Source: Eledone cirrhosa
Lineage: Eukaryota
Direction of reading: 5' to 3'
Assembly: GCA_964016885.1 (NCBI GenBank)
Contig: OZ024742.1
Location: 143,158,001 to 143,222,000, forward strand
DNA length: 64,000 nt
This document shows positions 26,350 through 40,039 of the stretch, piece by piece (position 1 is the stretch's first letter; every line of letters starts with the position of its first letter). Under the pieces are notes generated by a model, which ran no database searches, was not told the DNA's origin, and saw only the letters and a list, made by a program, of their open reading frames with translations. Position numbers and translations under genes: made by a program.

Positions 26350-27990
26350 ATGAGTTGTTTGTTGGCTCTCCTTAGTAACACGAAGTTGGGTGTGTCTGTC
26401 GTTGTTGGTGTCTGCGCGTGTTTTCTTTTGTTTGGGATGACTTGTGCTTGTGCCGGTGTTGTTCACAGTTGTGGAGTTGGTGTTGCTGTGGGGGTGTCTG
26501 TGTTTGCTATGGGTGTGTTTTGTGTGCTTGTTAGTGTGTGGAGTTGATTTTTCTTTTTCGTTTTATGCTTTCTTTTTTGCTTTTTAGATTTTTGGGGTTC
26601 CCCCTCATCTTCACTCGGAGAAGTGGAGGAACTGGTGTATGGGGACTCTGTGTCAGAGGGGAGTGGGAGTGTGTTTACGAGTGTGTGCGTTTTGCTCTGT
26701 GTGTATGTGTTTGAATGAGGGGGGCAGGCAGAGATTGTTTGAGCGACAACCTGGATGGATTTAATTGTCCTTGTTGTTAATGGCGCTGTTTCATTTTCTG
26801 TTGCTGCTGGTGTTGTCCCTCCTCCCGACACCTCTGTTGGCAGCAACGGAGGTTTGCGGGCCCCTGCTGTTTTCAATTGGGGGCAAAAGGCTCTCAGGTA
26901 TGTGACTTCACCACACACGAAACAATGCGGCCGTTTACCCTCCGTGACTACCTGGATTGTATGTTTTTTATGTCTTCAGGTCTGATTTAGAGAATAATCT
27001 CCAAACCAGTCCCAGACCACCTATCTCTCTTTATGAATTTAGCGTCGAGAAGGGTGCCAGGGTCCTCTACCGCCACGCATCCCAGGAGCCACCATAAATC
27101 CAGTCCTGGTGGAATCCTGGGAACACGGACCCTTACTGTTCTTCTCCCCATGTAGGACGGGTAAGAAATGATTTGGTCCGTTTTGCAGGGGATCACAGAA
27201 TGCTTTATAGCAAGGGCTTCAGTTTTGGAAAGCACAAAGATGCTCCCAAATTGTCTGGCCCTTGTATGGTCTATGTCATCATTTTAGATGCATTTCAGTG
27301 CTGCCTCTACCTGTCCTGCGGAGCCATTCTCGGCTTTTCGAGATTTGACCGAAATGCATCGATATTTTAGAGTTCTCCTCTCCTTTGCTGCCATTACCTC
27401 TGCCGGGCTTTTCTCTCTTGTTATACATTTTTCCGCTTGCGCCAAACGTTCCCTTTTCTCTGTAAGGTTAAAATCGTACAGCTTTTGGCTTTTTGCTACT
27501 GTGGCCACGAAAGTACTCTTTTTGTTGATGCTGCTGTCGTTCTTTTTGTTGTTGCTGTTTTGCTATTTTTCGTTGACTATATTGTTGATTGGTATTGTCG
27601 TCGTTCTTATTATTGTTGGTGTTGTCATTATTGCAGTTATTGTTAGTGTTGCTGTCGTTGTTCTTGTTGGTGTTGTCGCTGTTGTTGTTGTTCTCGGTGC
27701 AGTTGATGCTTTCTTTGTTACTGTTGGTGCTATTACTATTCATGTTCTTGGTGGTGTTGTTCATTCCGTGGTGGTTTTTGTTGTCATTGTTTCTGTTGTC
27801 TGTGTTTTAGTTGTCGCTGTTACAGCTGTTGTCGTTGTTTTTAACGTTAGTGTTTTCACTGTTGCTGTTGCTGTTACTGCTGTCGTTGTTCATGTTGTTT
27901 GTGGTGGTGTTGCTAAATTTATTGTTGCTATATGTGTTTGTGGTATATATTTTTGTGTCTGCCGTGTCCTTCCTCTTAACGTTTAAGCCG
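26350..27990 (-). pseudogene. Second LINE ORF1 (zinc knuckle) relative of 10120-10691, without an adjoining ORF2
   Basis: SYPSYMGRRT, R.RW.GT.LE and CFVCGEVTYLRAFC parallel the 10 kb ORF1 motifs; downstream S/E/K-rich tract is similar. Confidence 0.7.
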
Positions 27991-28199
27991 CTGTCACACG
28001 ATAGCAGACTTAAGGTTGGGAGGAGTGGCCCAGCCATGTTTTGTTTTGTTTTGTTTTGTATTTTTCACAAAAAAACAAATGTTTATACAAAGTTCAAATA
28101 TTTGGGCCAAAAGGCTCAAATATTATAGCGTCTCCCCTTCACAGGACAAAGACGGAAGTCTTACGACACTTTTGCAAAATAATATAGCAACTAATACAA

Positions 28200-28430
28200 G
28201 AATAATAATAATGATAATAATAATAATAATAATAATAATGATGATGATGATGATAATGATGATGATGATGATGATGATAATAATAATGATAATAATAATA
28301 ATGATGATGATGATAATGACGATGATGATGATGACGACGAAGAAGAAGAAGAAGAAGACGAAGAAGAAGAAGAAGAAGAAGAAGAAGAAGAAGAAGAAGA
28401 AGAAGAAGAAGAAGAAGAAGAAGAAAGAAG
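28200..28430. repeat. Compound (AAT)(GAT)(GAA)n repeat
   Basis: Directly visible. Confidence 0.97.
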
Positions 28431-28747
28431 ACAAATAGGAAAAGAAATGAATAAAAGAACCAACAATATTAAGATAACGGCGAAAAAGAAGTTAAAAGCT
28501 ATACAAGGAAGGAATATAAAAAGAAATCTCTTCTTGAAATGTAGAATTGGTTCCTCTCGATGTTGCCATATATTAGCCTGCTTCATAACGTTTCGAAATT
28601 CTTACGAGGAAATGTCAACTTAGTCACAAGTGATGAGTAGAAGTTGTTGATATTCATCACTAGCTGATGTTAAAGCTCATACATACGTGCCTATATACTT
28701 TTACACACTTACCCTTAGAGACGACCAGACATACGCAGTCACACACC

Positions 28748-28786
<39 letters not shown>

Positions 28787-28877
28787 CACACATACAAAAG
28801 ACTACACATACTCATAGTAATATAGGTAAATATATATATCGTTTGCTTTGTCATTCCCGTTTACTTTTTGCATACAC

Positions 28878-28919
<42 letters not shown>

Positions 28920-28948
28920 TTCTTGCTACAATACTTTCTATACCTTTC

Positions 28949-29052
<104 letters not shown>

Positions 29053-29059
29053 TTATATA

Positions 29060-29126
<67 letters not shown>

Positions 29127-29147
29127 ATATATATATATATATGTATG

Positions 29148-29209
<62 letters not shown>

Positions 29210-29813
29210 CGTGCGTGTATGTGTGTATGTATGTGTGTATGCATGTGTGTGTATGTATGTGTGTGTACACGCAACACATATAACACACCACACACACATA
29301 CAGACACACACTCAATGTGTACCACAAATGTAGCTGATACACATTTTCTTTTGTGTTGACCGCAGTGATTTTCTTTGAGTGTCAGGAAATTTGTAAACTT
29401 GTGATTCTTCGTGAAAAGACAACATTGGTTTCTTGTTATTTATATACGTCTTGCCCAAAGGAAAGCTATCCTAAAGCTTGGAAGGGAACCCAACGCATTC
29501 TTAAATAATTGTGCAACAAAAGACAAACAAAACGAAGTAGGTGTAGATAAATAACCATAGTGACAACTTGACAGGCATTTCCTATCAAATGAAGATGAGT
29601 TGAATTTGTAATATGAAGGTAGAAGCTGTTGATATTTTCCGGCAAAGCCAAATTTCCTAACAATTTTATTCAGTAAGTTGTTACACTGTCATAACATAAT
29701 AACATAACGTAACATGTTTACCCTGCTTTGTTTCTCTCGTTTCTTTTTGTTCAAGGACATTGGTCGATGTAAATCTTCTTGAGTTGGTATATATATATAT
29801 ATATATATATATA

Positions 29814-29912
29814 CAGGGTGTCTCCAAAAATGTATACACAATTTGATTACATGTACAGGCAATCTTTTTTAGAATGCTGTTGAAGTGTGTATACATTTTT
29901 GGGGACACCCTG
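29814..29912. mobile_element. Tc1/mariner-type MITE, 99 bp, in (TA)n
   Basis: TIRs CAGGGTGTCTCCAAAAATGTATACAC / GTGTATACATTTTTGGGGACACCCTG flanked by TA. Confidence 0.85.
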
Positions 29913-30000
<88 letters not shown>

Positions 30001-30124
30001 GTGTGTGTAATACAAATTGGCAGAGTATAGGCATTTTTATTTTATATAGAAATGACTTCTACAGGACTAGAACTGTTTCATTCGTATGAAATCATCATGA
30101 AATCCTGTACATATATATCTTTTT

Positions 30125-31590
30125 CTTCATCCACTTATTCCTGAGAGAGTCATGGGGGAAGAAGCAACCATTTCCAACTGATCCGGCTGGATCCCCAAGC
30201 GAGAGCAACCGAACTCACTCATGGATGTTATCCAAACATCTTGCTCAGGGTCTACCCCTGAGTCTCCTGCTAGTTGGCTTAGAAAGTAAACTCTGTCCAG
30301 CGATTCTTTCCTGAGACATTCTAACCACATGCCCATAGTACTGGAGCTGTCATTTCTCAATTCGGAGAAATAGCAGCTCTACCTAGAGCGACTCTCTGAT
30401 ATATCAAGTAACGTTACTTCAGAGACCCTTCGGAGGAACCCCATTTCGGCCGCTTGTATTCATGTTCGTGTTCTTTCGGCCATTACCCAAGACTGATGAC
30501 CATAGGTAAGGATTGGCACGAATATTGAACATAGGGAATTTGGCTTTTATACCTACCTCCATACTTCTGATTACCGAATGCTGAAGCTGAAACATTACTG
30601 CACGAGCTCCAGCAATTATTGCACTTAATTTAGCCTCCTGCTTTCCATCACTCGTGAACACGGTCCCCGTGATACTTGAAATTCTCCAGCTGCTTCAGTG
30701 GAACTCCATTCACATGTAGAGTACACTGTTCAGGCTTTCTTGAGAGGACAAGTGTCTCAGTATTCGCAGCACTGATTTACATTCCAGTCATGCAGCCCTC
30801 GGCATCAAAACTATCAAGTGCAAGTCGGAGATTACCTTCTGTAGAGTTACGTAAGACCATGTCGTCTGCAAATTTCAGCCGACTGATTTTACAATTGCCA
30901 GTCTTAATATTACTTCCAACTCGTCTGCGCATGTCAATCCTGTTCATGAAAATAATGAACAGGAGAGGTGACAGTACGTACCCTTGGTGGAGTCCGACCT
31001 CCACATTGGAAAGTTTCGATTTAGTATAATTTATCCGAATACAAATTCTCGGGAATTCATATAGAGACATCAGGGCAGTAAAAAGCTCATCACCAATTCC
31101 ATACTCCTGCACAGCCTTCCACAGCGGGCCCCGAGGAATGCGGTCATATGCCTTCTCGAAGTCTACAAAGAAAGAATACACTTCTTAGCAATACTCCCAC
31201 GATTTCTCAAAGACCTGCCACAATGTGAATATTTGGTCGGCTGTGCTGCGTCCTGGGCGAAAATTACACTGTTCATCAGTTAACCTGGACTCGACAATCT
31301 TCATACATCTCTTTGTCATACACTTAGCATAGACTCTATTGGGGAGGCTTAATAAGGAGATCCCTCTATAATTGGAGCAATATCTTTTGTCTCCCTTCTT
31401 GAAAATTGGGATTATCACTCACGGCTGCCATTGATTAGGTGCCTTTCCAGAGATCCAGGCCACCCGATACACACATGTCAACCAGAGAAAATCCCTCTCT
31501 ATTTAAGGCTTTTAACATATCGGGCCGAATTCCACCCTCCCTAGCGGCCTTGCCACATTTGAGCTTTTTAATTGCACTTGTACATGCGCA
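30125..31590 (-). pseudogene. RTE-clade LINE reverse transcriptase fragment, 5'-truncated and decayed
   Basis: KKLKCGKAA, PIFKKGD..CSNYRGISLL, QCNFRPGRST.DQIF, FVDFEKAYD, GLHQGYVLSPLLF, FADD. Confidence 0.88.
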
Positions 31591-32029
31591 CACACATACA
31601 CCCCACACATATGGAGTAAATAGCGTGGTTAGACACTGTATCTTTATTTCGTGTAAAATATGAAAATTATATGTATGTATGCACTTTGCTAGCAGAAAGT
31701 GTTTTAAGTGGTTCAAGTGTTTCAAGGGTTACCCTGCATTGACGTTTATTCAGCGACAGTTAAAGTTGTTGGCGGTATAGAACAATTCAGTGTGATATGC
31801 AAGCACTTTCGTACTTAAACTAAAGCCGAGGTGGAGGTAAAATATTGTGAGCAAACGTTTAGTGCTTGAGCTAGTGGTATCGACCTCAAAATACCGAAAC
31901 AAAGAGGACCTCCAGAGGTCGACTAATGAGAATTGTCTGTCCAGTGTCTCGTCCGCTTTCCCGTTGTCTCCACTCACCTGTTCTTTTAATCCTTTTGCAT
32001 GATCTTAGCCACGCGGAACACTTTTTCAA

Positions 32030-32121
<92 letters not shown>

Positions 32122-32303
32122 ACATATATATATATATATATATATACACATACATGCGCACGCACAAACTAACACACACACACACACACGTATATGCGTG
32201 TATATATTTTATACAATTAGACGACAGTTATGTTTCACTTTAATGCAACCCCGGATGATACATACATATATACATACGACCCCCCACACACACACACACT
32301 CTC

Positions 32304-32349
<46 letters not shown>

Positions 32350-32366
32350 TCACACACACATATAAA

Positions 32367-32398
<32 letters not shown>

Positions 32399-33392
32399 GC
32401 GTTATGAATTGGTCAAGTTAAAAATATTTCATTTGTGATATAGTGATCGTGATGATCAGTGCAGTTGACAGGAAGGGTAGAGTATGATTGGAATAAAATA
32501 ATAATAGTGGAGGTGGGGGTCTAAATTGGAAAATAACAGCTCAAACCTTAAGGTGGGTGAAAATAACATTATTAATATTGTCTGAGTTCAAATCCCGCCG
32601 AGGTTAATTTTGCCTTTCATCCTTACGGGGTTCGATAAAATAAAGTACCAGTAATGTACTGGATAATTGCTGGCCCCTTGTGCCTAAAGTAGAAACAATT
32701 ATTAATAATGAACTTTTTAACATTTGTTTTATGATTAACGAGGCCGTGAAACGTCGGATAAAAGGCTTAACGATATTTGTTCCGGCTCGCTGCTCTCTGA
32801 GTTCATTTCCCGTCGAGGTCAACTTTGCCTTTCACCCTTCCAAGGATAAAAAATGTACCAGTGCAGTATTGGGGTCGAATCTTCCTCTATATCTCTTTCT
32901 CCTTTCCTCTCTATCACTCCCTCTCTCATTCTCTGGAAGAAATCAGCTGTGTTCAGTGCTGGAGCGGGAATGGCTCCGCCAAGTTTAAAATGCCCAAGAA
33001 ATGATGTATGTCACTACGGTGCAGACACAACTTCACCAGGATTTATGGTCCTATACATACTATGATTAACGAGACGGACTTAATGGTAGACACTGAAACG
33101 TACAAAGTGTTACAAATAATTAAACAATTGATACCAAATGCAATGTAGACCATACGAGGAAAGCAAAAATATTCCGTCATTTACTGACTGTGTGTAAAAT
33201 ATTTTATGGAAACATTCACATTAAATGACATAGTATTAACATTTATATATAACCTGGAAAAAGCAAGAAATATTAATAGAATAAAATGCAGTGCTTTAAA
33301 AACATTGACAGAATAAATGGACAGCATTGAGGAACACGTAGAAGAAAATATTTATACACAAATATGAGCACAAATATACATACACAAATAAA

Positions 33393-33463
<71 letters not shown>

Positions 33464-34877
33464 CACATACATACATATATACACATACACACATATACAT
33501 GCATACACAACACATACATACTTGCATACACACACAAACACATATATATATATAATAAATACTTACATATATAATATATACATACATCTATATATAACAA
33601 ATATATACATACATACATACAAAACACACACATATATGCATACATACATATATACATATATAATAAATACATAATACATACATACATAAATTACATAATA
33701 TTTTGAAGGCTATACTTTTACATTCCAAGAACAACAAAGAAATATAAAATAGCTGTAAAAAAACCCCACAAAACCCCCCCAAAAAACAAAAAAAAAACCC
33801 ACAATAAAGCCCTAAAAATCCTCCATATATTTCGGAAAATGTTTGTCGATTAAATTCTCATAACTGTGAAAGACATTATATGGATTGTAAAGAATGATAT
33901 GCGATAAGACTTTGTTGCTCAAACAATATACTATGCCTTTCGTAGGAAGGATCACTCTGAAAGGCATATTTCTGATGTTGAATATATCAACAAGTTTCAA
34001 TACAAGAAATATTGGTGAAACATTTCCAGCAAACCTTGTGCCAGATGCAAACAACACTCATGATATAAATATATTTTTGGACAAAAAAATCCAAACAAAA
34101 CCTCATGTACAGTTGTGGTGATCAGACCCTTAACGGATGCAAATGTATTTAAAATCAGTGAGAAAGAGAACAAATATGGTGGACAACTGATTCGATATTT
34201 GATTTCTAATTTCGGTACAAGACCAGTATATTTGGTGGAAAAACAAAGTTGATTACAACATCCCCAAGTATTTGACTGGTACTTTATTTTATCGATGCCG
34301 GAAGAATGAAAGGCAAAGTTGATCACCACCACCACCACCACCAACTCAGAATGTATAAAAAACCGGAACAAAACCCCAATGATACCCCAATGATCCGATG
34401 CTCTAGCAACCCTGCTAATCCACCACCCTTATGTTACTAAGTATTGAAGTAGTACTCTAAATAAGCTGGCGTTTTCAGACAAAGAATAAAAACCATCTAA
34501 TGCGTATTCTTCGAATCCAACCCTTAAAACCTTTCTAAAGTTTAGCAAGGCAACTATTTAAAGTTGTTAATTAAATTCCAACGATGGCGCTTCTTTCTTT
34601 GTTATACATATAACAACATATATATGTATGAGTGCATATAACTCAACACATACAGATGCACATGTGCAATAACATCTATACCTGCACTCTCACACCTATA
34701 TAAAGACATATATACATAATGTCCTAGTTGATGTCTACATTCAAATGAAAGAGTGTTGTTTCTGTGTTAAAAACTATTGGTGAAAATAAAAAAAACAAAA
34801 AATAAAACAAAACCATACATTCATACATACATACATACATACATACATACATACATACATACATACATACATACATA

Positions 34878-35852
34878 CATGATGGCTGCCCCCCCCCCCC
34901 CCTCGTTTTCGAGTATGGCCATTGCACGATATAACATTATTAATAATTATTAATTAATTCCATCGTGCAATGCCTGTGCGTGAAGGTATTTTTTAAAGTG
35001 AGGAAAGACTGTGCACTGAGCCAATCCCACTCTCTGAGCGACTAGCTATAACCGGAAAAGAAGAAAAGATCAACATCATCGGTAACTACTGAGCCGCAGG
35101 TTTTATATCGGAGTTATCCCAGTTTCCTGAGTTGCCTTCTCCTAGAAGAATGCCCTGACAAAGGCTAGGGGTCCTTCACTCCAAGTGGTTTAACCGCGCG
35201 GTACATGTGTATAGACATATTTACACACTTTCAGATGGCCGTTGACTCTTATGAATTCTTCCGCCCTTTGTCAGGTTTTATTATTTGTCCTGCAGGGTGT
35301 CCAAAATCACCCCCCTCACCAAGCAAACTTGGTGGGGTTGCCGGTTTAGTCGCCGACGACCCGATCATGCGCCAGGTTGTACTGGGTTACATGTTACCAG
35401 TAACACTCAAGAGTGACCCGACATAACATATATACATACATGGTGGCTGCCAACTCGTTTTCGAGTACGGACACTACTTTATATCCATGTAGGAGAACCC
35501 CTACTGATGCGCTGAACGAGTGTGACTTTTTAGTCCAGCCAGCGACTTGAAAACTCTGGTACACACACTACACTTGTGACAATTATTGACACATAGTGCT
35601 GGGCCCATGGTACCATGTGATGACAAGTGCAGAGAGATCTCCAGATATAAAGCAATGCCTGTGCCGTGAAGCTTTTATAGTGAGCAAAGGCACTGCACAA
35701 AGCCAGTCCCACTCTCTTAACCAAGATGATATTTACCAAAAAGAAGAACAAGTCAACATCATTGGATACCATCAGGGTTGCAGGTGTTATATCAGAGTTT
35801 TCCTTCTCCTAGAATTCTGCCTTCAAAAAGGCTAAGGGGTCATCTCTCCCGG
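34878..35852 (-). mobile_element. Two tandem copies of a ~0.55-0.6 kb non-coding repeat with (CATA)n-associated ends
   Basis: Reverse complements of 59240-59797 and 60993-61602; copy A 34878-35426 is diverged, copy B 35437-35852 is truncated. Confidence 0.8.
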
Positions 35853-35950
35853 TGATATACATACATACATACATAAATACATACATATATGCATACATAA
35901 ATGCATACATACTGAAATACATACACACACTCACACACACACACACACAT

Positions 35951-36044
<94 letters not shown>

Positions 36045-36248
36045 CTATATGATATAAAGGTAATATTAAAATGATATTAAAATATATAATATCATGTGTA
36101 TTATGTATTACTGATGTGACCTTTCCATTGAGTTAAAATCCATTCACCATAATAGCAAAAGCACTAAAAAAATCCAAGAAACTATTCATGATAAGTCTGT
36201 AAAAGATGTGAATACACACACACACATATATATATATAAGTATTTATA

Positions 36249-36305
<57 letters not shown>

Positions 36306-36428
36306 ATATGTGTGTGTATATATATATATGTATATATAAATACACGTATATGTATGTATATATGTATATAATATATGTATGTATATATATGTATATATGT
36401 ATGTATGTATATATGTATATAATATATG

Positions 36429-36470
<42 letters not shown>

Positions 36471-36514
36471 TGTGTGCGCGCGTGTGTATATATGTATATA
36501 TATATATATATATG

Positions 36515-36551
<37 letters not shown>

Positions 36552-36704
36552 ATAAATGCTCTGAAATAGCGATATATATGTGAATATAGACATAGAATAT
36601 TCGAAAATATTCTGTATGTTTATAATAAACATTTTGAAGACCTAATCGCTATAGAATAGAATACGTCACGTATTACAATTAGATTCTCGATAAAAGCAAG
36701 GGAA

Positions 36705-36747
36705 GTAATCTACGCGTTTCATTCTCGTTAGAAATCATCAGGACTAC
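36705..36747 (-). ncRNA. Minimal type I hammerhead ribozyme (first of 10 minus-strand copies, +310 bp each, last ends 39537)
   Basis: Reverse complement GTAGTC-CTGATGA-T TTCT AACG AGAA T-GAAA-CGCG-TA-GATTAC. Confidence 0.88.
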
Positions 36748-39700
36748 ATATCCAGTGCTTTTATCGAGAATGACACAGCTAGAGACTTATAGAATACTTA
36801 GCTGTGTACAGGAACTGGTTTGAAAGAGCGGTTGCCGGTCCGGCAGAAATTAGAAATTGGAATAAATGCTCTGAAATAGCGATATATATGTGAATATAGA
36901 CATAGAATATTCGAAAATATTCTGTATGTTTATAATAAACATTTTGAAGACCTAATCGCTATAGAATAGAATACGTCACGTATTACAATTAGATTCTCGA
37001 TAAAAGCAAGGGAAGTAATCTACGCGTTTCATTCTCGTTAGAAATCATCAGGACTACATATCCAGTGCTTTTATCGAGAATGACACAGCTAGAGACTTAT
37101 AGAATACTTAGCTGTGTACAGGAACTGGTTTGAAAGAGCGGTTGCCGGTCCGGCAGAAATTAGAAATTGGAATAAATGCTCTGAAATAGCGATATATATG
37201 TGAATATAGACATAGAATATTCGAAAATATTCTGTATGTTTATAATAAACATTTTGAAGACCTAATCGCTATAGAATAGAATACGTCACGTATTACAATT
37301 AGATTCTCGATAAAAGCAAGGGAAGTAATCTACGCGTTTCATTCTCGTTAGAAATCATCAGGACTACATATCCAGTGCTTTTATCGAGAATGACACAGCT
37401 AGAGACTTATAGAATACTTAGCTGTGTACAGGAACTGGTTTGAAAGAGCGGTTGCCGGTCCGGCAGAAATTAGAAATTGGAATAAATGCTCTGAAATAGC
37501 GATATATATGTGAATATAGACATAGAATATTCGAAAATATTCTGTATGTTTATAATAAACATTTTGAAGACCTAATCGCTATAGAATAGAATACGTCACG
37601 TATTACAATTAGATTCTCGATAAAAGCAAGGGAAGTAATCTACGCGTTTCATTCTCGTTAGAAATCATCAGGACTACATATCCAGTGCTTTTATCGAGAA
37701 TGACACAGCTAGAGACTTATAGAATACTTAGCTGTGTACAGGAACTGGTTTGAAAGAGCGGTTGCCGGTCCGGCAGAAATTAGAAATTGGAATAAATGCT
37801 CTGAAATAGCGATATATATGTGAATATAGACATAGAATATTCGAAAATATTCTGTATGTTTATAATAAACATTTTGAAGACCTAATCGCTATAGAATAGA
37901 ATACGTCACGTATTACAATTAGATTCTCGATAAAAGCAAGGGAAGTAATCTACGCGTTTCATTCTCGTTAGAAATCATCAGGACTACATATCCAGTGCTT
38001 TTATCGAGAATGACACAGCTAGAGACTTATAGAATACTTAGCTGTGTACAGGAACTGGTTTGAAAGAGCGGTTGCCGGTCCGGCAGAAATTAGAAATTGG
38101 AATAAATGCTCTGAAATAGCGATATATATGTGAATATAGACATAGAATATTCGAAAATATTCTGTATGTTTATAATAAACATTTTGAAGACCTAATCGCT
38201 ATAGAATAGAATACGTCACGTATTACAATTAGATTCTCGATAAAAGCAAGGGAAGTAATCTACGCGTTTCATTCTCGTTAGAAATCATCAGGACTACATA
38301 TCCAGTGCTTTTATCGAGAATGACACAGCTAGAGACTTATAGAATACTTAGCTGTGTACAGGAACTGGTTTGAAAGAGCGGTTGCCGGTCCGGCAGAAAT
38401 TAGAAATTGGAATAAATGCTCTGAAATAGCGATATATATGTGAATATAGACATAGAATATTCGAAAATATTCTGTATGTTTATAATAAACATTTTGAAGA
38501 CCTAATCGCTATAGAATAGAATACGTCACGTATTACAATTAGATTCTCGATAAAAGCAAGGGAAGTAATCTACGCGTTTCATTCTCGTTAGAAATCATCA
38601 GGACTACATATCCAGTGCTTTTATCGAGAATGACACAGCTAGAGACTTATAGAATACTTAGCTGTGTACAGGAACTGGTTTGAAAGAGCGGTTGCCGGTC
38701 CGGCAGAAATTAGAAATTGGAATAAATGCTCTGAAATAGCGATATATATGTGAATATAGACATAGAATATTCGAAAATATTCTGTATGTTTATAATAAAC
38801 ATTTTGAAGACCTAATCGCTATAGAATAGAATACGTCACGTATTACAATTAGATTCTCGATAAAAGCAAGGGAAGTAATCTACGCGTTTCATTCTCGTTA
38901 GAAATCATCAGGACTACATATCCAGTGCTTTTATCGAGAATGACACAGCTAGAGACTTATAGAATACTTAGCTGTGTACAGGAACTGGTTTGAAAGAGCG
39001 GTTGCCGGTCCGGCAGAAATTAGAAATTGGAATAAATGCTCTGAAATAGCGATATATATGTGAATATAGACATAGAATATTCGAAAATATTCTGTATGTT
39101 TATAATAAACATTTTGAAGACCTAATCGCTATAGAATAGAATACGTCACGTATTACAATTAGATTCCCGATAAAAGCAAGGGAAGTAATCTACGCGTTTC
39201 ATTCTCGTTAGAAATCATCAGGACTACATATCCAGTGCTTTTATCGAGAATGACACAGCTAGAGACTTATAGAATACTTAGCTGTGTACAGGAACTGGTT
39301 TGAAAGAGCGGTTGCCGGTCCGGCAGAAATTAGAAATTGGAATAAATGCTCTGAAATAGCGATATATATGTGAATATAGACATAGAATATTCGAAAATAT
39401 TCTGTATGTTTATAATAAACATTTTGAAGACCTAATCGCTATAGAATAGAATACGTCACGTATTACAATTAGATTCTCGATAAAAGCAAGGGAAGTAATC
39501 TACGCGTTTCATTCTCGTTAGAAATCATCAGGACTACATATCCAGTGCTTTTATCGAGAATGACACAGCTAGAGACTTATAGAATACTTAGCTGTGTACA
39601 GGAACTGGTTTGAAAGAGCGGTTGCCGGTCCGGCAGAAATTAGAAATTGGAATAAATGCTCTGAAATAGCGATATATATGTGAATATAGACATAGAATAT

Positions 39701-39996
39701 TCGAAAATATTCTGTATGTTTATAATAAACATTTTGAAGACCTAATCGCTATAGAATAGAATACGTCACGTATTCTATTCTATAGCGATTAGGTCTTCAA
39801 AATGTTTATTATAAACATACAGAATATTTTCGAATATTCTATGTCTATATTCACATATATATCGCTATTTCAGAGCATTTATTCCAATTTCTAATTTCTG
39901 CCGGACCGGCAACCGCTCTTTCAAACCAGTTCCTGTACACAGCTAAGTATTCTATAAGTCTCTAGCTGTGTCATTCTCGATAAAAGCACTGGATAT

Positions 39997-40039
39997 GTAG
40001 TCCTGATGATTTCTAACGAGAATGAAACGCGTAGATTAC
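39997..40039 (+). ncRNA. Minimal type I hammerhead ribozyme (first of 6 plus-strand copies, +310 bp each); predicted cleavage after 40033
   Basis: Helix I GTAGTC/GATTAC, core CTGATGA and GAAA, helix II TTCT-AACG-AGAA, palindromic ACGCGT helix III, GUA triplet; enclosed by 16-bp stem 39973-39988/40046-40061. Confidence 0.88.
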
